Shown piece by piece: positions 46,175 through 55,873 of a DNA stretch of 64,000 nucleotides. The notes under the pieces are model-generated. The model was given only the letters and a program-made list of their open reading frames with translations, was not told the origin of the DNA and did not search any database. A program made the position numbers and the translations under genes. Source of the stretch: Escherichia phage vB_EcoM_TH18; the sequence record ON075799; one strand, written 5' to 3'. The stretch's first letter is position 1. Each line of letters starts with the position of its first letter.

Positions 46175-46984
46175 TTAAAAATTTTCTGTCCAGTCGTAGT
46201 ACGCATAGATTTCGTCAACGCCACCGTTGAGAATAAATTCTTTCCCACGAGAGAAAATCCCATGCGTGACATACAAGATAACACGTTTAGCACCAGCAGC
46301 TTTCAAGGCTTGAGCTAAGTTTGTAAACGTAAACCCACCATCGCAGATATCATCAACAATCAGGCACATCTTCCCATCGACATCACCAAACACTGTTGTG
46401 CCTGTGATTGCCCCTGTTCCCACATCACGGATTTTACCAGCTTCAACCACAGATAGTTCCAAGGCATCAGCTACCTTCTGGGTCTTCTTGCGTGCACCTG
46501 CATCTGGAGCAACCAACACAAGCGATTCGTCCGTAAGCAGATCAAAATCAAACTTCATGTTCAAGAACAATTCAGTCTGAGAACGAATTTTCACGTTATC
46601 AAGCAGTGCTGCGGATACGTCACTGTGTGGGTCATCGACGATGACTTTGTGGAAACCCAGCGAGTTAATCATTGTGGCAAAGACTTTCACCGACAGAGCT
46701 TCACCAGGGTTCATAACTCGGTCTTGTCGAGCATACGGGATGTACGGCAGGTGTAAAACCTTTTCCACACCAACATCCAAATTGCCAAGACGATTGACTG
46801 CATCAACAAGCAACGCAAGACACATCACATCTTGGGAGTGCTTAATGCGAGCGAAGATATCCACAAAACCAATCGAACCCTTAGGGATATAGTGCATATC
46901 GATCTTCACCTGCTCCTCACCACCACTGAAGGTAAAATGGTCAACTGGAACATGCAACTTGTTCAAACTCAAACGAATATTCAT
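46175..46984 (-). CDS. Ribose-phosphate pyrophosphokinase-like protein (PRPP synthetase family; possible Adps-type) (269 aa)
   Basis: PRPS signatures PYIPYARQDR, VLVAPDAGARKK and PRPP-binding loop LIVDDICDGGFT. Confidence 0.75.
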   Translation of the reverse strand: MNIRLSLNKLHVPVDHFTFSGGEEQVKIDMHYIPKGSIGFVDIFARIKHSQDVMCLALLVDAVNRLGNLDVGVEKVLHLPYIPYARQDRVMNPGEALSVKVFATMINSLGFHKVIVDDPHSDVSAALLDNVKIRSQTELFLNMKFDFDLLTDESLVLVAPDAGARKKTQKVADALELSVVEAGKIRDVGTGAITGTTVFGDVDGKMCLIVDDICDGGFTFTNLAQALKAAGAKRVILYVTHGIFSRGKEFILNGGVDEIYAYYDWTENF

Positions 46985-47382
46985 GATTTATCTCCTCTAG
47001 CACGATTGACGATAATATAATTTCTTGGTTTCACGTTACCATCAGAATCCTGAAATCCTGATCTGACACGCCTGACATAACCAAAGCTCTCCATCCGAGA
47101 CAGAAATTCAGACACTTTGGTTCGTGAGTTTTCGTTCCACCCCAACAGACCACACAAGGATTGCTGTGACGGAAAGAATACCAGTTCCCCACCCAAGGGG
47201 TTCCGACTCTTGAAATACTCGTATCTCCACAACAAGCGTATCAGTCTTTGCAGATCGCTTGGTGATAACCGTTCATCAAAAACCCACTCTGTCGGCACAG
47301 CGATGTACGACCCAGCTTTCGGATTTACATGGAAACCCCCAACATTCGATTTCAAGGCAAACTCCGGTGTGTAATTCAACAC
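46981..47382 (-). CDS. Hypothetical protein (133 aa), first gene of the leftward unit
   Basis: ORF overlapping PRPS-like start by 4 nt. Confidence 0.4.
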   Translation of the reverse strand: MLNYTPEFALKSNVGGFHVNPKAGSYIAVPTEWVFDERLSPSDLQRLIRLLWRYEYFKSRNPLGGELVFFPSQQSLCGLLGWNENSRTKVSEFLSRMESFGYVRRVRSGFQDSDGNVKPRNYIIVNRARGDKS

Positions 47383-47451
47383 CGAGAATGCTACTCATAA
47401 CACCACACAATGTCAACCCCTCCCATATGTCCCCATTTCAGGGACATTATG

Positions 47452-47549
47452 ATCTAATATAATATATATTATATAATATAATTTAATATAATACTACGTA
47501 TTATATATATTATAATATATATATATAATTTATATAAAATACACTAAGT
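47452..47549. repeat. AT-only low-complexity (TA-rich) palindromic tract at the strand-switch region
   Basis: About 100 bp of only A/T with alternating TA runs and a central TACGTA palindrome. Confidence 0.8.
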
Positions 47550-47976
47550 CTTGAAGAATGTCAAGACTTGATTTTAAATATTTTTGTTGATATGATTCGA
47601 TTGAGTCGAATCGTATGGTTCGATGATTTCGAATCATAGAGTTCATGTTGTTTTGCCTGAAATCGTGAGTCGATGAGACTCTTCAGGCAATACGTGAGTG
47701 TGTAAGATGCTCACTGCGCTGATAGCTTGTGATCATCTAACCCTCATGAGCCATTCTGAGATAAACCCACATCAACAAACCCCACAGGTTTGTCTCTGTG
47801 TGTTAATCTCAATCATGGATTCGGGTTGTCACAAGTCACTATGTGACTCTGTGTGGGGATTTCGAATGTGTACCGGAGCATGGCGCACAGGACTGGTTCA
47901 TCTGTCCGTCTCAACTGGGGCGCGGCGGGGGTTAAGGTTTAGTTTTACGTTTTGTGTGGGTGTGGAGGAGAGTTTT

Positions 47977-48255
47977 ATGGCCTACGATGAAAATTCTATC
48001 CGGGTGCTGTCACCTGATGATATCAAACAACGATTTGACTGGGTACGCATCGGGGATTTGGTTCACGAATATAACTTACCTGTGGATTGGGTCAGACGTG
48101 GCTTTGAAGCGTGCTGGAGGTTAAACATCGAGCCTGATTATTTTATCAACAAGTACATCCTCAAGCAGGATGTTGAACCTGTACCTGATTTCGAGGTTGT
48201 TTTTAAAGAGATTGTTATGGAGTCTCGATTCAAGGATCAGGTATGCTCCAGGTAG
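47977..48255 (+). CDS. Early protein (92 aa from MAYDENS…)
   Basis: SD GGAGGAG 6 nt upstream; first plus-strand gene after AT-rich switch. Confidence 0.5.
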   Translation: MAYDENSIRVLSPDDIKQRFDWVRIGDLVHEYNLPVDWVRRGFEACWRLNIEPDYFINKYILKQDVEPVPDFEVVFKEIVMESRFKDQVCSR

Positions 48256-48373
48256 TCTCAAAAACGCACCTGTGAATCAGATTTGCAAATGTAGTCCACA
48301 GATAGGTAAAAACATCAACGCAAATCGATTCTCCGCTGGATCTACAGAGTAAATTTTCAATTTTCGGAGAAAA

Positions 48374-48748
48374 ATGATGAAACGTACCATGACAGACAAA
48401 GAGCGCGAAATTGCCCTCCAGTTAGCAAGAGAAAAAAGAGAGCAACAAAAGCGAGAATGGGCTGCGCTGGCAGAAGCGGGAAAAATACGCCAACATTTCG
48501 CTGACGCTAATCACTGGGCAAGGCTCCGTAGTCAATACGGGATTACATCTCCGTACAAATTAGCTCCGGCAGAAAGTGATCATGGCATGAAAATTCTTAG
48601 ACGAACGATCAGACTGACCGGAGGATTCGAGTGGTTCAATGAGTCTTTCGGTATGGACATCAAGCAGTTTGTCAGAATGAACCCTACGTGGTCTGCATAC
48701 GCTATTCAGGGGGTAATCCTTGAAGAGTGGGATGATTATCAGAATTGA
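48374..48748 (+). CDS. Early hypothetical protein (124 aa)
   Basis: SD GGAGA upstream. Confidence 0.5.
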   Translation: MMKRTMTDKEREIALQLAREKREQQKREWAALAEAGKIRQHFADANHWARLRSQYGITSPYKLAPAESDHGMKILRRTIRLTGGFEWFNESFGMDIKQFVRMNPTWSAYAIQGVILEEWDDYQN

Positions 48749-48841
48749 TTTTTGTTGTGTTTCTGGTAATCAACTGGTATGTTTATTACAGGGAGTGATA
48801 ACCACTCCCGTGTTACTTGTTTTATACAGGAGTATTAATAT

Positions 48842-49465
48842 ATGTCTTGGCCTTTTTTGATTTATCTTATTGATGTTCTTAGCACAGACGGGAAGTATGA
48901 AGGTTGGGGATTCTTGTTGTTTCTGTGTGTTATTGTATACATGCTGATGCGTATTCTTCCAAAGATCCTCGAAGAACCTAAGCTGGATATCTATCCAGGA
49001 CAAAACCTTGTTTTAGCACAAGACTGGTCACGATTTAAAGCCGGAGATGTTCTTGTTGTGAAGGATACTGCGGGTGGTGATGTTCTTCTTCGCCACGGGG
49101 AGGAATCACTTGGTTCTTGGGTGAGTAAGAGCATTTTACGAAAAGTGTGTAAACTTGATGAAAAACAAGGATATATCCCACAGCAAGATGCGATGGAAAC
49201 ACCGCGAAAGTTAACTGTGATTGCTATGGTTGTCTGTGTGATGGGTATTCTATACGCCAACTTCATGCCGCAGAAAGAGACTTCTTACAAGATGCTTGCT
49301 GCGTATGTTGGTCAAAACATTGTAGAATCTCCAAGGACTCAACAACTTGCGGATAGCACAATCAAGTATCTGGATGCCCAAATCAAGAAGTACACTCAAG
49401 AATTAGGTGATACTTCAGGAGTGGCGAGTAAGGATTCTAAGCCTGGTGAGAAGGTGAAAGAGTGA
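48842..49465 (+). CDS. Early membrane protein (207 aa)
   Basis: Two to three hydrophobic helices; SD AGGAG upstream. Confidence 0.5.
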   Translation: MSWPFLIYLIDVLSTDGKYEGWGFLLFLCVIVYMLMRILPKILEEPKLDIYPGQNLVLAQDWSRFKAGDVLVVKDTAGGDVLLRHGEESLGSWVSKSILRKVCKLDEKQGYIPQQDAMETPRKLTVIAMVVCVMGILYANFMPQKETSYKMLAAYVGQNIVESPRTQQLADSTIKYLDAQIKKYTQELGDTSGVASKDSKPGEKVKE

Positions 49466-49827
49466 TGGGAAAGTCATTTGAAACAAAACGAATAGCGTTG
49501 GACTTTGATGATACTTTCACGCTAGAGCCTGAGAGATGGTCACAATTTGTTGCTCTATTTGCAGCAAAGGATTCAGGTTGGTGTGTTAAATTTGTTACTT
49601 ATCGCTTCGATTCAGATGATAACTCTGATATCCAGTTTTGGGCTGAAAAACTAGGTATCGGAATAATTTATTGCAATGGTGTCCAGAAAGCACAAGTTTG
49701 TGCGGAACTTGGCTGGATCCCAGATGTGTGGATAGACGATTTTCCTGTTCTCATCCCTGTGAAACAACAACTACAGGGTATGCTTTTAGGGATAGAAAAT
49801 AACGAAGAAAAACATAATGTTAAGTAG
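49462..49827 (+). CDS. Early hypothetical protein (121 aa)
   Basis: Start overlaps upstream stop. Confidence 0.45.
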   Translation: MMGKSFETKRIALDFDDTFTLEPERWSQFVALFAAKDSGWCVKFVTYRFDSDDNSDIQFWAEKLGIGIIYCNGVQKAQVCAELGWIPDVWIDDFPVLIPVKQQLQGMLLGIENNEEKHNVK

Positions 49828-50064
49828 TTTAAGGGGGAGTGTTGAGAAGCATTGCGTATTACAAATTCAAATGTTGGGAGAAACTCTATGATTTGAGCTA
49901 CCTTATTTTTGGGAATCTCCCTGTCACTGAAGACATTAAACACAAAATGTATCTTTCATACATGAAATACCGTCTCCACGAAAGAAAGAGTGGTTGATGA
50001 GAATGTTATAATGCCCTGTAGAGAGTGTCTACAGGGCTTTAATGCTTAATCACAGGACTTACCA

Positions 50065-50895
50065 ATGACAAGTATTTTACACACGACAGGTATTTTACCA
50101 CACTATCAGAAGGAATATTCTTTCCCTGATTTATCTGGGGATATGTTGCAAATATACGACAAAGTGCAAGGCGAAGTGTCGGAGCTACAATTTAGTTCAG
50201 ACCCTGATGATGAGCAAGAGTTTGATAAACAGATTTGTCGTGTAGAAAACGAGCTTATAGAGCTACAATCATTAGCCAAATCAACAGATATCGAAGACTT
50301 AAGGCGACACGTTGAGAATCTTGAAAATTTAGTGTTCGGGCTTTCGCAAGCTATTATAAACATTGGTGAAATTGCTAAAATTGCCTCTGACAAGTTGCCA
50401 GACAACACAGAAGATATTGAAGAAGCGTTGCAGAATATCTGCTATGAAGGAAGTTCTGCTCTCGGTTGTGAATGTAATCTAGGAAATGCTCTTGAAGAGC
50501 GTGGGTGGAACCTGTTCCAAAAAACTTTTGTTTATCGTGTTATTGGTGGTGAGTTTCCTCGGCTCATACAACTTAATGCCCTTTTTGGAAACAGCCAGGG
50601 TGATAATATTGCATTAGGTATTGATGGCTGGTTCTGTTTAAGAGGTAAAGAATTAGCATTTTGTTGTGGCGATGATGTGTTAATTCTCAATGCTTATAAA
50701 CCAGGTGTTGAAATAACAACAAAATTAAATGGTAAGTCCACTAAATTTCACACCAGAGAGTTGGAAGATATTTTCATGGACATATTTGATCCTACAGAAG
50801 ACGAAATTCTTATGTATGAAATGACCAGTGGAAAAAGATATGATATTTTGTCGTGGAGAAATATTTTTGGCAAGAAGAGAAAGCCTGTAGCGTGA
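50065..50895 (+). CDS. Early hypothetical protein (276 aa)
   Basis: Long ORF followed by hairpin ccctgtga…tcacaggg. Confidence 0.5.
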   Translation: MTSILHTTGILPHYQKEYSFPDLSGDMLQIYDKVQGEVSELQFSSDPDDEQEFDKQICRVENELIELQSLAKSTDIEDLRRHVENLENLVFGLSQAIINIGEIAKIASDKLPDNTEDIEEALQNICYEGSSALGCECNLGNALEERGWNLFQKTFVYRVIGGEFPRLIQLNALFGNSQGDNIALGIDGWFCLRGKELAFCCGDDVLILNAYKPGVEITTKLNGKSTKFHTRELEDIFMDIFDPTEDEILMYEMTSGKRYDILSWRNIFGKKRKPVA

Positions 50896-51158
50896 TATTT
50901 TATCACTGATATTTGTTTTCCCTGTGATATTTTTGTCACAGGGAAAGTTTCAATAGTGGATATTTTCTTGATACTTTAAATTCCTACCAGAAATTTAAAT
51001 TCTGTAAATTTAGAAAACTATTACTTATAGGCGTTTCGACACAATTTTGTTATGAAAGCCTTGTTTTTATATAAAAACCTGTTTTAGCATGGGTGGTAGG
51101 ATCACACTCCATACTACCTTTATTCCTACAGATGAGCATCTCCATGTTCGAAAACTCG

Positions 51159-51340
51159 GTTCTCGATCGAAAATTCATTTTCCAGATCGTATTTGCTCCT
51201 TACGGAGAAAATTTTTTAGGGCTACAAGTTTCAGTTCTCGATCGGTTTTTCGATTTCAAAATCGTATTTGTTTTTTCTTGCGAAATTTTTCGCACGCTCA
51301 GTTCTCGATCGAGTTTTCAAAATCGAAATCGTATTTGCTC
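51159..51340. repeat. Three tandem direct repeats (about 67-75 bp), each containing GTTCTCGATCG and AATCGTATTTG
   Basis: Repeat units begin at 51159, 51234 and 51301; each includes a GATC site; no ORF. Confidence 0.8.
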
Positions 51341-51742
51341 TATAGTGCGAAAAAATTTTTATGGGTATCATAATTCTATCACACACTTAAACGCAAAGCA
51401 ACATAAAAATTTTTGTTGAATGATAATCATTCTCATTTGCAGAATGACAGGTAGGATCAGTGTCTTATCCTCCCCCGTTGACCATCGTCGCCGTAGTTTG
51501 AAGTTTATAGCCGTTCTCGGCTTATCTCTTTGTTAGAGATAGATTACCATAATTGATAAAGAAAGCAAGCGTTAATTGTAATCTTTACGTTTCTTTACAA
51601 ATTTATTTTAGACAAACTACCGGCGATCGACCTTCCAACCAGCGCCCTGGTATGTTAGCCCCGCCTTTACGCCGTGGGGATGGCGTTGCCTCTTCTGTAT
51701 GTTAGGCATTATAAGCCCAATCCCTGGGCTTGTCAAACATTT

Positions 51743-52006
51743 TTATTTATTTTCTTGCCAGGTTAGGACACCTAACCAGAAATGGCAATCACCTTTCGCC
51801 CATTGTGGTATATTGCTTTCTTTCCCACCTTCCCGCGCCCAGGAATAACCGCCCGTGTAACTTTGTAATTGATAACTATCCTCGACCTTATAATCTGACA
51901 GGTTGAGAACTGTTTCTACCTTTAAGCCTGTTGCGCTCGCTACCTGGTGGATAGTTCCCCCTTGCCAGCCTAACGCGTGCATAAGGTGCATTGTGGTAGT
52001 GGTCAT
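51743..52006 (-). CDS. Hypothetical small protein (87 aa), lone minus-strand gene in early region
   Basis: ORF divergent from 52186 gene. Confidence 0.4.
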   Translation of the reverse strand: MTTTTMHLMHALGWQGGTIHQVASATGLKVETVLNLSDYKVEDSYQLQSYTGGYSWAREGGKESNIPQWAKGDCHFWLGVLTWQENK

Positions 52007-52102
52007 TTTTTCTATTCCTCTGTTAGTTGGTTGTCAGAATTGTATCTATAACCAACCAGGTTAGCAAGATAAATAAAAGAGAAAAATTTTTTAAAAATAC
52101 TA

Positions 52103-52131
52103 TTGACAGCTAGATAGTATAGGTCTACTAT
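52103..52131 (+). promoter_or_regulatory. Sigma70-like promoter (TTGACA, 17 nt, TACTAT)
   Basis: Consensus hexamers upstream of gene at 52186. Confidence 0.5.
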
Positions 52132-52185
52132 GTGCACATCAAGGCGATACACCGCCACCAACCAACCTAAAAGGGGTAAATCAAT

Positions 52186-52809
52186 ATGAAAACCATTGTT
52201 AACGCTGAGAATGTATCTTTCGATAAGTTGAACGACGCACAAAAAGAAAAAGCCATTGATCTTATTCGTGAGCGTGAAAGAGAAAGCGCCGATAATTTCT
52301 TTGCGGATAGTGTCATTGAAGACTATAAGAATGACATTTTACCAGAGTACGGGATCGATGACGCGGTTATCTATTGGTCAGGATTCTGGTCGCAAGGCGA
52401 CGGCGCATCTATCAGCACTGATCGCGTGGATATTGAAAAATTTTTAAGAAAAGTTAAATCTTTAACAAAATTTAGAGGTATCCGCAAACTATTTGATCTT
52501 GGTGAATATAGTCAGTTATACGCAAGCATTGAGCGGGATAATTACAGCCGCTACCATCATGAAAATACTGTTTCCGGTTACGTTGAAACTATGTATTGTG
52601 GTGATTTAACGGCAAAACAGGAAGATCTAGCCAATCAGCTTGAAAACTTGTTAACTGAAACGATCCGCGATCTGTCTTGTAAACTTTACAGAGATTTAGA
52701 ATCAGCCTATGATGACCAGTTTACAGATGAAGCCATCACCGAATCAATTGAAGCCAATGATTATCGTTTTGATATTGATGAAGATGGAGAAGTTTACGCT
52801 ATCGCTTAA
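52186..52809 (+). CDS. Early hypothetical protein (207 aa)
   Basis: SD AAAGGGGT upstream. Confidence 0.5.
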   Translation: MKTIVNAENVSFDKLNDAQKEKAIDLIRERERESADNFFADSVIEDYKNDILPEYGIDDAVIYWSGFWSQGDGASISTDRVDIEKFLRKVKSLTKFRGIRKLFDLGEYSQLYASIERDNYSRYHHENTVSGYVETMYCGDLTAKQEDLANQLENLLTETIRDLSCKLYRDLESAYDDQFTDEAITESIEANDYRFDIDEDGEVYAIA

Positions 52810-52896
52810 AAGTACTTGCATTCAGTTTTAAAATAGTATTATACTACTAAAACAGGACGGGGAACTGCTCCCCGTCACATTCAGGAGATCATCAAA

Positions 52897-53109
52897 ATGG
52901 CTAATATTCGCACCTTGTTAAAAAATGCAAAGCAAGTTTTATTTTCCGATCACGATTATTTCAATAAAGACATTACAGGCGTAAAGAATATCAAAGACGT
53001 AAAAAATGTCATGGGTATCTATTGCAATATGAAGCGAGTAGGCACATTTGGCAATAAAGTATTATATCAGGCAGGTGACTATAATTTTACTTTGACAATT
53101 ATTTCATAA
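52897..53109 (+). CDS. Early small protein (70 aa)
   Basis: SD AGGAGA upstream; preceded by hairpin gacggggaactgctccccgtc. Confidence 0.45.
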   Translation: MANIRTLLKNAKQVLFSDHDYFNKDITGVKNIKDVKNVMGIYCNMKRVGTFGNKVLYQAGDYNFTLTIIS

Positions 53110-53174
53110 AACCACTTGCAAAGTTATATAGCTCTGTTATACTACCAACATTGACAAACGAGAGGTAAATAAAA

Positions 53175-53531
53175 ATGGCAATCCAGGCAATCATGTTAGA
53201 ACTTACAGATTTCCGTAATACTGTAAAAAATTTATCTAAGAAACAGGTTGACAATATCATCAACGGATACCGTAGCAAGATTAAAGATCTTCCGCTTAAA
53301 CGCGATCAACATGCGGCTAATATGATGTTTAATGCTATGATTAAAAAGATGATCCAATGTGATCTTTCTCTGGCTTATGAATACGCTGGCGATCTCTTTG
53401 CAACGTATAACAAGCCCGTGCTAGGTATGAGCACCACGGAAGAATTACACGCCTTAAATCTGCGGCAAGATGCTTGGGATAATATGCACCGCGTTATGGT
53501 GTGGGTAGAAAGCGGTAAAATTTATCAATAA
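53175..53531 (+). CDS. Early hypothetical protein (118 aa)
   Basis: SD GAGAGGT upstream; promoter-like TTGCAA…TATACT upstream. Confidence 0.5.
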   Translation: MAIQAIMLELTDFRNTVKNLSKKQVDNIINGYRSKIKDLPLKRDQHAANMMFNAMIKKMIQCDLSLAYEYAGDLFATYNKPVLGMSTTEELHALNLRQDAWDNMHRVMVWVESGKIYQ

Positions 53532-53537
53532 AAGTAG

Positions 53538-53574
53538 TTGACTTTTAGTTATGCCGTGATAGAATACACGGCAT
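53538..53574 (+). promoter_or_regulatory. Promoter (TTGACT, 16-17 nt, TAGAAT) with -10 inside 8-bp inverted repeat ATGCCGTG/CACGGCAT
   Basis: Consensus -35 and -10 with the -10 hexamer in the loop of a perfect palindrome; duplicated at 57772-57808. Confidence 0.5.
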
Positions 53575-53607
53575 AGATAAGAGAAACTACTTATCAGAGT
53601 TTAAAAG

Positions 53608-53826
53608 ATGAAAAATATTACGGGTAAAACCGAACTATTAAAGGCGCTTTCTGTTGGTGAGTCAGCTTTATGGGTATGTGAAAAAGATCGCCTACCATCG
53701 CGAGAGATGGCCTTATTTAAGGCTTTATCTCTGAAGCTGAAAATTAAATTATCCCAAAAATTAGCGGTTGTTGCCGCACCGAGGGAAACCGCTTTCAGTG
53801 TTGTAATGGTTAAACGGTTGGAGTAG
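53608..53826 (+). CDS. Early small protein (72 aa)
   Basis: ORF downstream of palindromic promoter. Confidence 0.4.
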   Translation: MKNITGKTELLKALSVGESALWVCEKDRLPSREMALFKALSLKLKIKLSQKLAVVAAPRETAFSVVMVKRLE

Positions 53827-53912
53827 AAAAAAATTAAAAATTATCTTGACAAGCAAAACAGCAAAAATTAAACTTACACACAGTTAAACAAACAATATTG
53901 ACGAGGTAAATC

Positions 53913-54284
53913 ATGAAACAGTTAACCGCTTCCCAAAAAACAATGATCCGTGAGTATGTTTTAAATTCTCTTTCTTTTGATCTTGAATCTGATCTCAAAC
54001 AAGATCAGATTCAAGAATTAAAAAACCGCTTTGAATCTGAATACTGGTACGATAGCAACAAGAAACGCTATCAAAATGATAAAGTACAAGGCCTTAAAAA
54101 CTGGCTACAAGGCTTGCCAAGCGGTGTTGATATTGATTTCACTTATTACGATATTGAGCAACGCCTTAAGGATTTTGGAATCATCACCGACACGACCAGA
54201 GAAAGCACCATTGAAAAATATGTTTCTGAGTGGTGGGATCTAGTAGCGCCGTTTTATGTGGGTCTGATCGTAAACTTAAAATAA
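53913..54284 (+). CDS. Early hypothetical protein (123 aa)
   Basis: SD GAGGT upstream; TTGACA…TAAACT promoter-like upstream. Confidence 0.5.
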   Translation: MKQLTASQKTMIREYVLNSLSFDLESDLKQDQIQELKNRFESEYWYDSNKKRYQNDKVQGLKNWLQGLPSGVDIDFTYYDIEQRLKDFGIITDTTRESTIEKYVSEWWDLVAPFYVGLIVNLK

Positions 54285-54361
54285 TTCTTGAAAACTGTTT
54301 TAAATTGGCTTAAATTAAAGGGGTGAATTTAATCACCCCCAACATGAAAGAGGTTAATCAA

Positions 54362-54673
54362 ATGAATACTTATTTTTCTACTCGTTCACTTGCACGCATT
54401 GCAGCGAAAGAAACAGGCGGTAAAGTTTTAGACAATGGCAAAGATTCACCGATCGGTAAACGTTGGCAGGTTATCCCCGGTTATGTTGTCGAAGCCTCCC
54501 AGGATACAGCAAAACAACGCGCGGAGATGGAAAATAAACCAGTAGTTACCTTATCCATCGGCAAGCGTAGCAATGTAGCGAATAAAGCCCGTAAGGCGCT
54601 TTATTACGCCATCAATTACGCAAGAAATAATAAAACTGTACCAGTTTATCATAAGCGTTCATTTAAGAAATAA
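54362..54673 (+). CDS. Early hypothetical basic protein (103 aa from MNTYFS…)
   Basis: SD AAAGAGGT upstream of this Met; upstream hairpin ggggtgaatttaatcaccccc. Confidence 0.45.
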   Translation: MNTYFSTRSLARIAAKETGGKVLDNGKDSPIGKRWQVIPGYVVEASQDTAKQRAEMENKPVVTLSIGKRSNVANKARKALYYAINYARNNKTVPVYHKRSFKK

Positions 54674-54743
54674 TTTTTAATTAGATAAAAAAGCGCCCTA
54701 GGAAATGGGCGCTAAACAAAAACACTTAAAGAGGTAAATTATT

Positions 54744-55094
54744 ATGACTAATATTGCAGAAGCTTTTCAAAAAGCTATCGAAAATAAAAACGCTGAGTTG
54801 TCTTTAACTTCTCTGGATTTTACGGATGTGTACGGTAACACTTATTTTGTTTATGAGCTTGCTTTTACTTGTCCTGAGTTAAAAACATGGGAAACGTTGC
54901 ATAAATCTCGCGAGCTGCAATATGGTTATGGCGATCATGTTCTTCATGTTGCAATGAAAGACCTTTCAACTATCGCCGAGGTAAAATCTGAGGCCGCATA
55001 TATTACCCGTTGGGCGCATGACAACGGCTTAAAAATTAGTGTCAACAAGCGCACCAATTGCCGGAAAAAAGATTTAAAACAGTTTATCGCTTGA
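54744..55094 (+). CDS. Early hypothetical protein (116 aa)
   Basis: SD AAAGAGGTAAAT upstream. Confidence 0.5.
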   Translation: MTNIAEAFQKAIENKNAELSLTSLDFTDVYGNTYFVYELAFTCPELKTWETLHKSRELQYGYGDHVLHVAMKDLSTIAEVKSEAAYITRWAHDNGLKISVNKRTNCRKKDLKQFIA

Positions 55095-55119
55095 TCCTGT
55101 TAATCATCTTGGTGGTTGT

Positions 55120-55470
55120 ATGATTCAGTTTTATATAATCATCGCGGCGCTTGCAATTTACTTAGGATTGCACAAAAAAGTATTCAGGTTAATTCTCTGG
55201 TTTTATTACGAGTACAGGATCAGAATGGTTTTCCATTATATTGAATACTCTTTCCACGGTGAGAGATACCACACAAGGAGATCCGGCCCATTAAATGATC
55301 TTGAGGGAAACGGTTTAATCTGTGAGGTTAAAAAGCGTGGCGGGAAAATTCTTTACCACAAAGAGGGCACTTTTGATTATATTGATGAGGTGATTAATTT
55401 TAGGCAACAAGCCGTAAAAGATCACGCAAGCAAAATAATCAACGGCAGCTATAAACGCAAAGCGGGGTAA
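55120..55470 (+). CDS. Early membrane-anchored protein (116 aa)
   Basis: N-terminal hydrophobic helix. Confidence 0.4.
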   Translation: MIQFYIIIAALAIYLGLHKKVFRLILWFYYEYRIRMVFHYIEYSFHGERYHTRRSGPLNDLEGNGLICEVKKRGGKILYHKEGTFDYIDEVINFRQQAVKDHASKIINGSYKRKAG

Positions 55471-55471
55471 T

Positions 55472-55654
55472 ATGCGGAATTTTGAAAAAATTGTTAAAGC
55501 TAATCGCCTGGAATACGGGGAAACAGACGAAAAACGGGAACGGGTAGGCAAACGCCACAAGCCTAAAAAGGTTCCTAAATTGTGGTGCCCTGATAAATAC
55601 GACCACAAATTAAAACAACGCATCGCTGAAAAACAGCGATTAAATGCAAGATAA
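55472..55654 (+). CDS. Early small basic protein (60 aa)
   Basis: Lys/Arg-rich; followed by terminator. Confidence 0.4.
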   Translation: MRNFEKIVKANRLEYGETDEKRERVGKRHKPKKVPKLWCPDKYDHKLKQRIAEKQRLNAR

Positions 55655-55660
55655 CAGACA

Positions 55661-55686
55661 AGGCCGGAACTATCCGGCCTTTTTAG
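55661..55686 (+). terminator. Intrinsic terminator (aaggccggaactatccggccttttt)
   Basis: GC hairpin plus T-run. Confidence 0.65.
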
Positions 55687-55873
55687 CACCTAGTAGCGCC
55701 TGTAACGATTAAAAAGGCCAACGGTGGCATGATGCACCACAAAATAAAATAGCTCGTTAGAGAGTGTTTTAGAGGCCTTAAAATCGATCCGAAAAATATC
55801 TATAAAAATGCTTGCAATGCTTTCCCGCTATCGTTATAGTGTTCCCAACAAGCAAGCAAACGAGGTAACGGCA

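Noticed and set aside
51159-51340. Possible CRISPR array suggested by tandem repeats
   Set aside because: Only three imperfect units of unequal length with no repeat/spacer regularity and no cas genes nearby; better explained as iteron-like repeats.
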